Of a stretch of DNA of 64,000 nt, positions 8,977-21,815 are shown one piece after another. Numbering within the stretch: the stretch's first letter is position 1; every line of letters begins with the position of its first letter. Below the pieces are notes generated by a model, which did not search any database, was not told the origin of the DNA, and saw only the letters and a program-made list of their open reading frames with translations. The stretch spans positions 160,001-224,000 of the forward strand of contig CAVPSB010000016.1 of the NCBI GenBank assembly GCA_963708025.1, written 5' to 3'. The stretch comes from an uncultured Candidatus Rokubacteria bacterium (lineage in GTDB: Bacteria > Methylomirabilota > Methylomirabilia > Rokubacteriales > DASRDR01). The translations under genes and the position numbers were made by a program.

Positions 8977-10310
8977 CAGCCGCGCGTCGAGGCGACGACC
9001 GCCGGCGAGGCCGACGGCCGGCCCAGCACGGTCTCGGGCAGGAGCCGCGCCGTCGTCCGCGAGGCGATGTAGGCGGTCTTGACGTCGAACGGATTCCGGC
9101 GGAGGTGCTCCTTCCATTTCCCGAGCGCGATGCCCGTCTGGACGAGCCCCTTCAGCATCCCGACGTCGTTCGTCGTCCAGACGTCCTCGGCCCGGCCGAG
9201 GATCATCGCCCCCGTGAGCCGGTCGCCGTGCCACAGGAGCTTCCGGTAGGCCGGCCGGTCGGGATGGACGGCGGCGAAGATCTCGGCCTGCCCGTCGTCC
9301 CAGCGGCCGAAGCTCGCCACGTCGAGGTGGCAGACCTCCACGATGTTCATGAGGAGGCTGCCGCGGTAGGCGACGGCGCGCCCCGCCATGTTGGCCCCGA
9401 CCACCCGGCCGTGCTCCATCGCCGTCGGCTCGATGGCGTGCACGTCGGGGTGGCCGGTCACCAGGTCGCGCCCCTCGGCGACGTCGCCCGCCGCGTAGAC
9501 GGTCGCCACGCTCGAGCGGAGGTGCTCGTCCACCAGGACGCCGCGGTTCACCGGGATCCCCGAGCCCCGCAGCCACTCGAGGTTCGGCCGGATGCCCGTC
9601 GCCATGATGACGACGTCGGCGTCGAGATCGCCCCCCGATTCCAGCGTGAGCCGCCGCTTGCCCCCCACCGGCTCGATGGCCTTGATCGTCACGCCCGTCC
9701 GGACCTCCACCCCGTGCTGGCGGAGCCACGCCTCCACGATCCCGGCGCCGTCCCGGTCGATCATCCGCGGCAGGATCTGCGGGGCGATCTCGACGATGGT
9801 GAGGCGAGCGCCGAGCGACAGGATGGCGTTGAGGATGGTGAAGGCGATGAAGCCGGCCCCCACCATGACGACGTGGCTGCCCGGCCGGATCTCGGCGACG
9901 ACACGGCGGGCCTGCTCCAGCGTCCAGAAGCTGTGGACGCCGGCGCCGTCGGCCCCCGGGATCGGCGGCCGCACCGCCGAGGAGCCGGTGGCGATCAGGA
10001 GGTCGTCGTACTCCACGACCGTGTCGTCGTCCAGCGTCAGCTTGCCGGCCCTCGGGTCGAGCCCGACGGCCCGCCGGCCCAGGTGCGGCTTGACGCCGAG
10101 CTGGGCGAGCCGCCCGGGTGTGGCCGTGAAGACGTGGGATTCGGCGATCGTGCGGCCGAGGTAGTACGGCAGGACCATCCGGGAGTACGGCCGCTCGGCC
10201 GAGACCAGCGTGATGTCGGACGGCTCGTCCCGCGGCTCGAGCTGGCGGATGGTGGTGATGGCGTTGTGCCCGGCGGTGCCGCCGCCGACGATGACGTGGC
10301 GCCGGGGCAT
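8976..10310 (-). CDS. NAD(P)/FAD-dependent oxidoreductase (AorC-like subunit)
   Basis: VIVGGGTAG, LLIATGS, VGAGFI and VYAAGDVAE motifs. Confidence 0.9.
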   Translation of the reverse strand: MPRRHVIVGGGTAGHNAITTIRQLEPRDEPSDITLVSAERPYSRMVLPYYLGRTIAESHVFTATPGRLAQLGVKPHLGRRAVGLDPRAGKLTLDDDTVVEYDDLLIATGSSAVRPPIPGADGAGVHSFWTLEQARRVVAEIRPGSHVVMVGAGFIAFTILNAILSLGARLTIVEIAPQILPRMIDRDGAGIVEAWLRQHGVEVRTGVTIKAIEPVGGKRRLTLESGGDLDADVVIMATGIRPNLEWLRGSGIPVNRGVLVDEHLRSSVATVYAAGDVAEGRDLVTGHPDVHAIEPTAMEHGRVVGANMAGRAVAYRGSLLMNIVEVCHLDVASFGRWDDGQAEIFAAVHPDRPAYRKLLWHGDRLTGAMILGRAEDVWTTNDVGMLKGLVQTGIALGKWKEHLRRNPFDVKTAYIASRTTARLLPETVLGRPSASPAVVASTRG

Positions 10311-10795
10311 CAGCGGCCTCCGTTCCCGCCGACGGCGGCCAGGAGCCGCGCGCCGCGCTCGCTCGCGAAGTCACCCAGCCAGTCGGCCGTCGGGTGCTCC
10401 TCGTAGAGGATGGCCTGGGTCGGGCACGCCGTCGCGCAGGCCGGGTCCCCGCCGCACAGGTTGCACTTGAACGCCTTCTGGGTCTCCGGGTTGTAGAAGA
10501 TGGTGCCGTAGGGACACGCGATCGTGCAGAGCTTGCAGCCCACGCACTGGTCGTCGAGGACCACCTTCGCCCCGACCGGCGAGATGACGATGGCGCCGAC
10601 CGGGCAGGCGGTCATGCACCAGCCCTCGGCGCACTGGGTGCAGGTGTACGGGGCGTAGCTGGTGTGCCCCTCGTAGGGCGACACCCGGATCACCGACCGG
10701 GCGGGCTGGAAGGTGCCGGTCTGCGTGTACGAGCAGGCGTACTCGCACCGGAGACAGCCGGTACACCGCTCCGGAACGATCTTCAGGACCCTCAT
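10310..10795 (-). CDS. 4Fe-4S polyferredoxin (AorA/DmsB-like)
   Basis: CTGCLRCEYAC, CTQCAEGWCMTACP, CVGCKLCTIACP, CNLCGGDPACATACP. Confidence 0.92.
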   Translation of the reverse strand: MRVLKIVPERCTGCLRCEYACSYTQTGTFQPARSVIRVSPYEGHTSYAPYTCTQCAEGWCMTACPVGAIVISPVGAKVVLDDQCVGCKLCTIACPYGTIFYNPETQKAFKCNLCGGDPACATACPTQAILYEEHPTADWLGDFASERGARLLAAVGGNGGR

Positions 10796-10967
10796 GCGTG
10801 TCCCTCGTGGGTTCGGGGCTCGTCGCGGGGCGCCGGGAGAGCCGGACGCGCGGAACAGGCTCGTGAATCGCGAACCGGCTCTTATGTAAACACAGTCTTC
10901 CCGGTCATTCAACCAAGCGGGCCCCGGGGGCGAACCATTCGTCGGGTGGTTCGCTCACAGGCTCCGA

Positions 10968-11053
10968 AAGCGCGTGAAGGAGTCGGGGCGTCCGGCCCCC
11001 CTCCCCCCGGTGGGTGGGGGAGGGGGGTTGGGGGGGTGGGCGGGAGGTTCGAA
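10968..11053 (+). repeat. Family 1 repeat
   Basis: Same core; its 3' end is partly duplicated (GTGGGCGGCAGGTCCCGAA) up to about 11074. Confidence 0.85.
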
Positions 11054-11078
11054 CAGTGGGCGGCAGGTCCCGAACAAG

Positions 11079-13271
11079 TCAGTCGGGCGGGGCCGCGGTC
11101 AGCCCATCGGGAAGGCTTCCGGCGGGCACCTCGAAGACGGGCGCCGGCAACGAGCCGGCGAGCGCCTCGTCGGGGTTCCAGACCGCGGTCCCGTCGCTGA
11201 CGAAGAAGCGCGCCACCTGCTCCTGGGCCGCGCGGGCCAGCCTTCCCGCCAGACCGGGCGCCCCGACCCGCAGGAGGAAGGTGTGGGGCTCGGCTAGCTC
11301 ATCCGGGAGCGTGCCGGCGATCCGGTCGTAGCGGAGGAGCGTCGTCGCGTCGGCGAGCTGGCCGGCCCGGACCAGCGCGCTCGTCGTCGGGTTGGGAACG
11401 ATCCGGTCGCCCCGGGCGAACTGGACGAGGACCGGCTTCGGCTCCTGGCCGGCGAGCGGCGCCGCGCGCAGGTAGCGGGCGTAGGCCACCGGATCGCCGC
11501 GCCGGCCCAGCCACTCGGCCCGGGCCAGGTACTCCTGGATGGCGAGCGCGCCGGGCGTCGGCGCGACCACCGGTGGCTCGGTGCGCAGCGGCAGATCCTC
11601 GTGGAACTCGTCGGCGCCGTTGAGGAGCGGCGGGCTCCGGCGGCCGAGGGCGGCGCGGAGAAGCGGCCGGAACGCCGGCGACAGCCGCGCAATCTCCGGG
11701 ATCGGCCCGCCCGGCACGTTCAGGACGCCGAGCCGGACCCGGGGATCGACGGCGAGCAGGAGCGTGCCGTAGATACCGCCGAGCGACTGGCCGACGTACG
11801 CGAGGGGCGCGCCGCGCGTGTCCACGACGCCGTCCCCGTCCACGTCGAGACCGCCGGCCAGGGCGCGGACGAACGCCATCAGGTCCACCACCTGCTGGCG
11901 GAGGCCGTCCCGCAGCCCGAGCGTCGCCAGCGGGCTCGCCGAGGGCGTGGAGAGGCCTTCGGTCGGCTCGATGGCCCCGTCGCCGTTCAGGTCTTCCCCG
12001 CGACCGGGGATGCGCACCTCCAGCGGGGCGCCGGTCGCCGGGGTAACCACCAGCCGCCCATCGGGCCCGCCGCCGTGGCCCACCACGGTGATGGCCGCCG
12101 TCGCGATGCCGTGTCGCGCCAGCGTGCCGGCGATCAGGAGCGCGCTCCCGAACATCTCCCCGCCATAGCCGTGGCCCATGATCGCCACCGGCCAGCCGCC
12201 GGCGGGCGGGGTCCCCGCCGGCACTACGATCACGAACGGCACCGGCACCGCCCGGGACGGGTCGGGCAGCCGGCGCGCGGTGGCGCGATCCACGATGCGG
12301 TGGTCCACGGTGAGGTACGAGGGCGACCAGAACCAGCCCACCCCGAGCCCGGCGACCTCGGACGGCAGGGCATCCACCGGCAGCGGCGCCTCGCGGAACG
12401 CCTCGGCGGCGTCCTTGTCCACCCGCACCTGGCGGCGGAGGACGAGCCGGCGCAGCGCGGCGCGCGGGAAGTACGCGCGGCCGCCGCCCTCGGGCGCGGT
12501 GATCAGCGCCGGCGCCGGCGGGTGCCGGTCCAGCGCCTCCCGGGCCTGCTCGAGGAAGCCGCTGACGCTGCCGGTCGTGAACGTCGCCGCGACCGCCACG
12601 TCGTCGGGCCGCAGGCCCCGGCGGGCCAGCGTGGTCATCAGCGTCGCGAGCGCCTGGCGATAGGCGCGGGCTGGCAGTGGCCCGTCCTGCCGGCGCAGGA
12701 AGCGCTGGAAGGCGGCCGCCGGCCGGATCGGACGGCCCCCGGCATCCCGGAGCTGCCGCGTCACGACCAGGCCGTAGCGGGTCTCCGGCTCGAGGAGGGC
12801 TTCGGGCCGACCGTAGAGGGTGTGGGTGAGGGGGTCGTAGACCAGGCGCTCCAGCGCGGTCGCCTCCGGGGGGCCGGCGGCGAGCCGCACGAGGAAGATG
12901 CTGCGAGGACTCACGCTCGCCGGGTCGATGGGTCCCGAGAACGGCACGGCCAGGCGCGGGCTCAGGTCGAAGCCGTCCAGCTCGTTGAGGAGGTGGACCT
13001 CGTCACAGGCCGAGGACTCTCCCAGGCAGTTCGGGAGGGGCAGCGCCACGCGGAGCCCGGTCCGCTGGCCGGGATCGGGGACCGTCAGGCGATCCGACGG
13101 GAACGGCCCCGGGCCCGCGGAATCGGCATCGAAGCGGGGCTCGACCATCGGCGCCGGAGGCGCGGCCGCGAGCGAATCCGGGGCACCCGACAGGAAGACG
13201 AGGACTGCGGCGAGCGCGGCGCCCGCCGGCCCAGCGAAGCGCCCGGGGCGGCGCCTGATCACTGCTCTCAC
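11079..13271 (-). CDS. Secreted Ig-like domain plus alpha/beta-hydrolase (lipase-like)
   Basis: Signal peptide; PFPSD and NELDGF N-terminal domain; GHGYGG; nucleophile elbow GQSLGG; GGGAGG before GTG 13271. Confidence 0.75.
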   Translation of the reverse strand: MRAVIRRRPGRFAGPAGAALAAVLVFLSGAPDSLAAAPPAPMVEPRFDADSAGPGPFPSDRLTVPDPGQRTGLRVALPLPNCLGESSACDEVHLLNELDGFDLSPRLAVPFSGPIDPASVSPRSIFLVRLAAGPPEATALERLVYDPLTHTLYGRPEALLEPETRYGLVVTRQLRDAGGRPIRPAAAFQRFLRRQDGPLPARAYRQALATLMTTLARRGLRPDDVAVAATFTTGSVSGFLEQAREALDRHPPAPALITAPEGGGRAYFPRAALRRLVLRRQVRVDKDAAEAFREAPLPVDALPSEVAGLGVGWFWSPSYLTVDHRIVDRATARRLPDPSRAVPVPFVIVVPAGTPPAGGWPVAIMGHGYGGEMFGSALLIAGTLARHGIATAAITVVGHGGGPDGRLVVTPATGAPLEVRIPGRGEDLNGDGAIEPTEGLSTPSASPLATLGLRDGLRQQVVDLMAFVRALAGGLDVDGDGVVDTRGAPLAYVGQSLGGIYGTLLLAVDPRVRLGVLNVPGGPIPEIARLSPAFRPLLRAALGRRSPPLLNGADEFHEDLPLRTEPPVVAPTPGALAIQEYLARAEWLGRRGDPVAYARYLRAAPLAGQEPKPVLVQFARGDRIVPNPTTSALVRAGQLADATTLLRYDRIAGTLPDELAEPHTFLLRVGAPGLAGRLARAAQEQVARFFVSDGTAVWNPDEALAGSLPAPVFEVPAGSLPDGLTAAPPD

Positions 13272-13308
13272 GATCGAAACCTCCCGCCTCCCCCCCACAC
13301 CGTGCTCC

Positions 13309-14475
13309 TCACCGTGGCAACTCGACCCGCCGGCCCTCCTCGGCCGAGACGTAGGCGGCATAGATCACCTCCACGGTCTCGCGGGCCAGCAGCGCGCCGG
13401 AGAGCGGCTCACGACCCTCGCGCACCGCGTCCACGAAGTCCGCCATCTCTTGCGGATAGCCGCGCATCCAGTCCTCGTCGGGACTCGGGAACTGCCAGCC
13501 GGCCGTCGTCTCCACCTTCTCCGTGATGTACTCGTCGCCCCAGACCCCCGGCGCCGGCGCGTAGACCTGGAGCGTGGTGTTCGGATTGATGTTCGCCTGG
13601 ACGACGCCGTTCGACAAGTAGGCCGTGAGGAGGTTCTTCACCCCGCCCAGGCTCACGTCGGTGGCTAGGACCGTCGCCCGGGTGCCGTCCTCGAACGTGA
13701 GGATGGCGGCCGACCAGTCCTCCACGTCCTCCCACGAATCGACCAGCCACTTCTTCGCCTCGGCCCGGAACGCCGGCGTCTTCGTGAGCTGGCCGACCTC
13801 GGCGACGACGGACCGGACCCGGATGGGCGCGCCGCCCCGACGCTGGCCTTCCCAGTGCTTGAGGTGGATCACCGCGCCGATGGGGTGGGACCCCATCCGA
13901 AGGAGCGAGCCGCCACCGGCCGTGACCCAGCGCCGGGAGTAGGCGGCGTGGGAGCCGGAGTGGCTCTCCTCGGCCCGGAGGTCGAGCACTGTCCCCCCGC
14001 TCCGCTCGAGGAGCCGCCGGAGCTTCGCCACCGGCGGGGCGTAGACGAAGTTCTCGGCGTAGCCGAGGGTGACCCGGTGCTCCCGGCAGGCATCGAGGAC
14101 GGCGTCGGCGTTGGCGAGTGCCGCCTCCAGCATCGCGCGCCGCGAGAGCGCGGACGCCTCGGCGAAGCAGCCGGTCAGGGGCTTCTCGACCACGACGTGC
14201 TTGCCAGCCCGGGCCGCGTCGATGGCGAGCGCGTGGTGGACGCTCGTCTCGACGGGGAGCGTCACCAGGTGGATGTCGCGTCGCTCGAGGAGCGCCCGGT
14301 GATCGGCGTAGACGTGGGGGATGCCGAAGCTCCGGGCGAAGGCCTCCCCGCGCTCCCGCGAGCGGGAGGAGACCGCCACCAGCTCGCAGGTGGCGCCGCG
14401 CAGCGGGGCCAGGGCGTGGGCGTGGAGGTGGGCCGCGAAGCCCGTCCCGACGAGGCCAATGCCGATGCGGTTTAT
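13309..14475 (-). CDS. Gfo/Idh/MocA oxidoreductase, probable non-canonical ATA start
   Basis: Rossmann motif IGIGLVGTGFAA lies upstream of the called GTG (14379); GKHVVVEKP; in-frame stop at 14497-14499. Confidence 0.85.
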   Translation of the reverse strand: MNRIGIGLVGTGFAAHLHAHALAPLRGATCELVAVSSRSRERGEAFARSFGIPHVYADHRALLERRDIHLVTLPVETSVHHALAIDAARAGKHVVVEKPLTGCFAEASALSRRAMLEAALANADAVLDACREHRVTLGYAENFVYAPPVAKLRRLLERSGGTVLDLRAEESHSGSHAAYSRRWVTAGGGSLLRMGSHPIGAVIHLKHWEGQRRGGAPIRVRSVVAEVGQLTKTPAFRAEAKKWLVDSWEDVEDWSAAILTFEDGTRATVLATDVSLGGVKNLLTAYLSNGVVQANINPNTTLQVYAPAPGVWGDEYITEKVETTAGWQFPSPDEDWMRGYPQEMADFVDAVREGREPLSGALLARETVEVIYAAYVSAEEGRRVELPR

Positions 14476-14583
14476 CGGAACCTCCCGCCTACCCGATCAT
14501 TCGACGGCCTTCGGCCTTTGGCCCCCCTCCCCCACCCACCGGGGGGAGGGGGGAGTCGGAGGCCACGATTGCTGCACACGCTC
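14476..14583 (-). repeat. Family 1 repeat
   Basis: Same core with the GGCCGAAGGCC insert. Confidence 0.9.
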
Positions 14584-14708
14584 TGGGAGCCGGCGACGAA
14601 ATCGGCTCACGCTCATCCTACCCGGGCTGGCTTCTCGCAGCGCACCGTTTCCAGGACTGACGGGCTGGCGTTTCACTCCTGGCGCGGGCTTCGCCCGCGC
14701 CTCCGCAC

Positions 14709-14744
14709 GGGGGAGGTCCGGGAGGGGGGCGGAGCCCCCCTCAC
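14709..14744. repeat. REP-like palindrome, family 2
   Basis: GGGGGAGGTCCGGGAGGGGGGC-GGA-GCCCCCCTC. Confidence 0.6.
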
Positions 14745-14751
14745 GTTCCGC

Positions 14752-15516
14752 TCAGCCGGCCAGCGTCCCGCCGTCCACGGCGAGGATGTGGCCGGTGACC
14801 ATGCGCGAGGCGTCGGAGAGGAGGAAGACCAGTGCCCCCACCAGCTCCTCGGGCTGACCCAGCCTCCCGGCCGGCACCCGGCGCATGGCCCGCTCCCGGT
14901 ACTCGGGCTCGCGCTCGATCAGGTTGCCCATTGGGGTGTGGAACCAGGACGGCGCGATCGCGTTCACCTGGACGTCGTGAGGCGCCCACTCGACGGCGAG
15001 CCCCCGGGTAACCATCACCACGCCCCCCTTGCTCGCGCTGTAGGCGATGGTGCCGGGCAGTCCGATGCGCCCGGCGATCGAGGCGATGTTCACGATCTTC
15101 CCCCGCCGGCGCGCCAGCATGCCCCGGCCCACCGCCTGACAGCAGAGGAAGGTGCCGGTCAGGTTGATGGCGAGGATCCGGTGCCAGTCCTCGAGCGGGA
15201 ACTCGGCGGCCGGCGCGCGGCGCGTGATCCCGGCCGCGTTGACAAGCCCGTCGATGGGCCCGAGCGCGCGGGTCACCTCGTCCACCATCCGGGCGACGCC
15301 GGTGGGATCGGTCACGTCGACTCCGACACCGAGGCCCCGGCCCCCGGCCGCCACGATCTCGGCGGCCACCGCGGCCGCTCGCTCGGCGGCCACGTCCGCC
15401 ACCGCCACCGCCGCACCCGCGCTCGCCACTCCGCGGGCCATCGCGCCGCCGAGGCCGCCGCCGCCGCCGGTCACGACCACCACGCGGCCGTCGAGGTCGA
15501 AACCCGAATAAGTTAT
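14752..15516 (-). CDS. SDR oxidoreductase (gluconate 5-dehydrogenase-like)
   Basis: TGGGGGLG, NAAG, YSASK and VDGG motifs; start uncertain (ATA 15516, or a GTG inside the repeat). Confidence 0.9.
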   Translation of the reverse strand: MTYSGFDLDGRVVVVTGGGGGLGGAMARGVASAGAAVAVADVAAERAAAVAAEIVAAGGRGLGVGVDVTDPTGVARMVDEVTRALGPIDGLVNAAGITRRAPAAEFPLEDWHRILAINLTGTFLCCQAVGRGMLARRRGKIVNIASIAGRIGLPGTIAYSASKGGVVMVTRGLAVEWAPHDVQVNAIAPSWFHTPMGNLIEREPEYRERAMRRVPAGRLGQPEELVGALVFLLSDASRMVTGHILAVDGGTLAG

Positions 15517-15607
15517 TGGGAACCTCCCTCCCACCCCCCAACCCCCCTCCCCCACCGTTGGACGGCCTTCGGCCTTTGGCGGGGGGGGGGCGGATGACTC
15601 GATTCCT

Positions 15608-15618
<11 letters not shown>
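15517..15618 (-). repeat. Family 1 repeat (variant)
   Basis: GAGCGCGTGAAGGAATCG...CCAAAGGCCGAAGGCCGTCC...GGGAGGTTCCCA; contains the stop codon of the upstream kinase. Confidence 0.85.
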
Positions 15619-18439
<2,821 letters not shown>

Positions 18440-18679
18440 CCGTCCGCTCGGCAGGGTCCGGGCGGAGTCTATGGCCTGGAGCGCGCGGCTGTCAAACTCT
18501 CCGGCTCTACGGCTCGAGCTCGGGAGCTCCCGGCGGCCGACTCGCCGCACGCCACCGCCCTTGTCCCTCCGCCACCGAGCGCGCTACACTCCGGCCACGT
18601 TGACGATGGCGCGAGCCCGTGAGCTGGGCTGCCGAGTCGGGCCGCTGGCCTGGCGGTGGCTCCAGGGAACGCGCGGGAG

Positions 18680-18770
18680 ACACGCTTTGGACCGCTCTCA
18701 CGCGGCGCTACGCGGACCACCCGATGCCCTTTCACCGATGCCACGCTCGTCCATCTCGCTCATCGGGAGC
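18680..18770 (+). pseudogene. PIN/VapC toxin remnant
   Basis: ALTRRYADHPMPF continuing in a shifted frame as TDATLVHLAHRE. Confidence 0.5.
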
Positions 18771-18925
18771 CCCCGACGACGGCATTCAGGGGCGAGCAGT
18801 GGACCGACCACAACGCCAGCCGGATGGTGGACGCCGACGCCATGGACGAAGCAGGTCGCGTCCCGCGACGGCGGCAGGCGCGTCGAGAGCACCGCTCGGG
18901 TGACTCCGGGCCGCATGGATCGGCG

Positions 18926-20632
18926 GTGAAGCGATCGCTGGACGGCGCAGTTTTCCTGGTTGCGATCGCGTTCGCTGTCTGGGCGGCCCACGAGGCGTAC
19001 GTGCGCTTCCATTCCGCCTACTACAATGGCGAAGTCTTTCCGGTGCATGCCACCGAGCGACTCGGGGGAAAGGCCGTCCTGGAATTCGAGTTCACTGCGC
19101 GGCACCGGGCGCTGGCGGGGCTCTGGCTGTTTTTCGATGCAGGCGCGGATGGCCCGCCGGACGCGCGACTGGTGCTCGCCGTGCGCCGTCCGCACGACGA
19201 CCAGCCGTTCTGGTCACAGAGCGTCGAATCCGACAAAGCGCAGAAGCGGCACGGGGCGATCCTCGGTGTACTGAGCGGCCTTTCCTTCGTCCCCGGAGAC
19301 CGTTACGTGATGACGTACGCGATGCCGGAGGTTCCGGCCGGTCGTGGATGGCGGGTCAACTATCTCAGCATCGAAGGCTCGACGTCGGTGGTGCGATGGG
19401 GCAACAAGGAACGCGCGGCGAGCGAACCGCCTGTCTTGTGGCTGGAGACACGTCCTGACTTTCCGCGCTCGCCGCTCGTCGTGGGCCTGATCCTCCTGGC
19501 CATCCTCTCGCTCTTGGCCCGAGAGAAGACGCGGCTGGCGATGTCGGCCTGGTTGATCATGGCGGCCTGTTGCCTTCTGGTCGCCTCGTACGGCTGGCAG
19601 TTCCGCCTGTGGCAGTTCTGGGGTTCGTTCTGGCCGGACGAGTACCCGGCGCTCGGTCACACCGTTGCAAGGTTCCTCCGGGGTCAGATCACGTTTCAGG
19701 GAATGGCCGATATCCTGGCCGAGAATCGTAGTGGCCAGGCGTTCTTCGTGCCGCTGGCGATCGGGATCTTCGAGTCGTGGGGCCTATCGCTGCGCGAGGC
19801 ATACACGGTGGTCAATACGGCGCTGTTCTTCCTCGCCGTTGCCGCACTGTGGCGAATCATGCGCTGCTTTCGCTTGGTGGACGACCGGGCGAAGATCGCG
19901 ATCGGCCTCCTGTTCTTCGGCCATGTCTGTGTCATTCGCGCGATCGGATCGTTGCAGACCGATCTTGGTGGGCTTGCCCTGACCGTGCTATTCGCGTGGA
20001 CGATGGTGCGGGCTCTTGCCGAGGAGGGCACCGGCCGGCGCGTCGGCTGGCTCGCTGCGAGTGGGGTCGCGGGTTTCTTCGCGGCGATTACGCGAGTGGC
20101 ATTGGTGCCGTTGTTGTTGGTGCCGGTCGGCCTGTTCTTCTGGAGCTTGTGGTTTGAACGTGGCCGGGCGTGGAGGGAGCGCGGGATGTACCTGGTTCCC
20201 ACGGCCGTGGGTGGTCTCCTGCTGGCGGGCTGCTGGACGGTCCTGGGTCTGTGGGCGTCCGTGAGAGCCGTACAGGCCTATTCGGCACTGCCGGAGTTTC
20301 GAGCGGGATTTTCGTGGACAGCCTTCGCTGGCGCCTCGCTCTGGGGATTGCAGGTCGGCCTTCCGGCCCTGGTGTACGGGTGGCGGGGCTTGTTCACCGA
20401 CCGCGTGTTCGCGGCTCTGGCCGGCGCGATCTTGGGGCTGGAAGCGCTGCTGGGCTTCGGCCGAATCGTGCCATGGCTGCGCTATTGGGCGCCTCTGGCA
20501 GTTCTCGGTATCGTCCTGTTCATCTGGATCGCAAGGGCGCGCCAGAGATCGGCCTTCGTGTTGTGGTTGGGGTGGGTGACCGCGGGCTTGAATGGGTGGC
20601 TGTTGTGGCACGATCCGTTGTTCGCGTTCTAG
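18926..20632 (+). CDS. Polytopic membrane protein, possible GT-C glycosyltransferase
   Basis: TM segment, extracytoplasmic domain, FWPDEY loop, then about 10 TM segments; different codon usage from its neighbours. Confidence 0.6.
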   Translation: MKRSLDGAVFLVAIAFAVWAAHEAYVRFHSAYYNGEVFPVHATERLGGKAVLEFEFTARHRALAGLWLFFDAGADGPPDARLVLAVRRPHDDQPFWSQSVESDKAQKRHGAILGVLSGLSFVPGDRYVMTYAMPEVPAGRGWRVNYLSIEGSTSVVRWGNKERAASEPPVLWLETRPDFPRSPLVVGLILLAILSLLAREKTRLAMSAWLIMAACCLLVASYGWQFRLWQFWGSFWPDEYPALGHTVARFLRGQITFQGMADILAENRSGQAFFVPLAIGIFESWGLSLREAYTVVNTALFFLAVAALWRIMRCFRLVDDRAKIAIGLLFFGHVCVIRAIGSLQTDLGGLALTVLFAWTMVRALAEEGTGRRVGWLAASGVAGFFAAITRVALVPLLLVPVGLFFWSLWFERGRAWRERGMYLVPTAVGGLLLAGCWTVLGLWASVRAVQAYSALPEFRAGFSWTAFAGASLWGLQVGLPALVYGWRGLFTDRVFAALAGAILGLEALLGFGRIVPWLRYWAPLAVLGIVLFIWIARARQRSAFVLWLGWVTAGLNGWLLWHDPLFAF

Positions 20633-21597
20633 GAGTCGCGCCAGGCGCTGGCGCGATCGAGGGTCGCGGTGGCCTCCTCGTCCAGGCGGAGCTCGATGCC
20701 CCCCAGGAGCTCCTGGAGCTGGGCCACCGAGGTCGCGCTGGCGATCGGCGCCGTGATGCCGGGGCGGTGGGCCAGCCACGAGAGCGCGACCTGGGCCGGC
20801 GTCGCGCCGAGCCCGGCCGCCACCTTCTCGACGGCGGCCAGCACCGCGAAGCCGCGGTCGGTCATGTAGGCCTTCTGCACGCCGGCGGCCCGGGCGGTCG
20901 CGGGCAGGCTCGCGTCGCGCCGGTACTTGCCGGAGAGGAAGCCGCTCCCGAGCGAGGAGTACGGGATGACCCCCACGCCCTGCTCGAGGCAGAGCGGCTC
21001 GAGCTCGCGCTCGTACTCGTCGCGGAACACGAGGTTGTACTTCGGCTGGAGCGACTCGTAGCGCACGTAGCCGCGCTTGTCGCTCTCCCACAGGGCGCGC
21101 GTGAGCCGCCACGCGTGGTGGTTCGAGGCGCCGATGTAGCGCACCTTGCCCTGGCGCACCAGGTCGTCGAACGCGCGCAGCGTCTCCTCGAGCGGGGTGT
21201 CGCGATCGTCCCAGTGGGCCTGGTAGAGGTCGATGTAGTCGGTCTCGAGCCGGCGCAGCGAGGCCTCGACCCCCTGCATGATGTGCTGGCGCGAGAGGCC
21301 GGTGTCGTTCGGTCCCGGCCCCATCGGTCCCATCACCTTGGTGGCGATGACCACCGCCTGGCGGTTCCGGCGCGCCTTCAGCCAGGCACCGAGCACCGCC
21401 TCCGACTCGCCGCCCTTGTTGCCGGGCGCCCAGCGGGAGTAGACGTCCGCCGTGTCGATGAAGTTGCCGCCGGCCTCGAGATAGGCGTCGAGGACGGCCT
21501 CCGACGCCTTCTGGTCGGTCGTCCACCCGAACGTGTTGCCCCCGAGACAGAGCGCCGCCACCCGGAGCCCGCTGCGACCCAGCCTGCGCATCAGCAT
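20629..21597 (-). CDS. Aldo/keto reductase
   Basis: GGNFIDTADVY, IATKV, DYIDLYQAH, GKVRYIGASN. Confidence 0.95.
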   Translation of the reverse strand: MLMRRLGRSGLRVAALCLGGNTFGWTTDQKASEAVLDAYLEAGGNFIDTADVYSRWAPGNKGGESEAVLGAWLKARRNRQAVVIATKVMGPMGPGPNDTGLSRQHIMQGVEASLRRLETDYIDLYQAHWDDRDTPLEETLRAFDDLVRQGKVRYIGASNHHAWRLTRALWESDKRGYVRYESLQPKYNLVFRDEYERELEPLCLEQGVGVIPYSSLGSGFLSGKYRRDASLPATARAAGVQKAYMTDRGFAVLAAVEKVAAGLGATPAQVALSWLAHRPGITAPIASATSVAQLQELLGGIELRLDEEATATLDRASAWRDS

Positions 21598-21721
21598 GAT
21601 GACTCTCCCCTGACGAGGTTTCCTCTGGCGGGTGCCCGCCGAGCGAGCCTACCACGATCCGCTCGGCCAGCGATCGCCGCGTAGACAGGCAGGGCGACGT
21701 CCATGAGTCGGGAACGGACTC

Positions 21722-21811
21722 AAAGCGTGTGAAGGGATCGGGGCCTCCGGCTCCCCCCTCCCCCCGGTGGGTGGGGGAGGGGGGCTGGGGGGGTGGGCGG
21801 GAGGTCCCGAA
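21722..21811 (+). repeat. Family 1 repeat
   Basis: AGCGTGTGAAGGGATCGGG...core...GGCGGGAGGTCCCGAA. Confidence 0.9.
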
Positions 21812-21815
21812 GATC

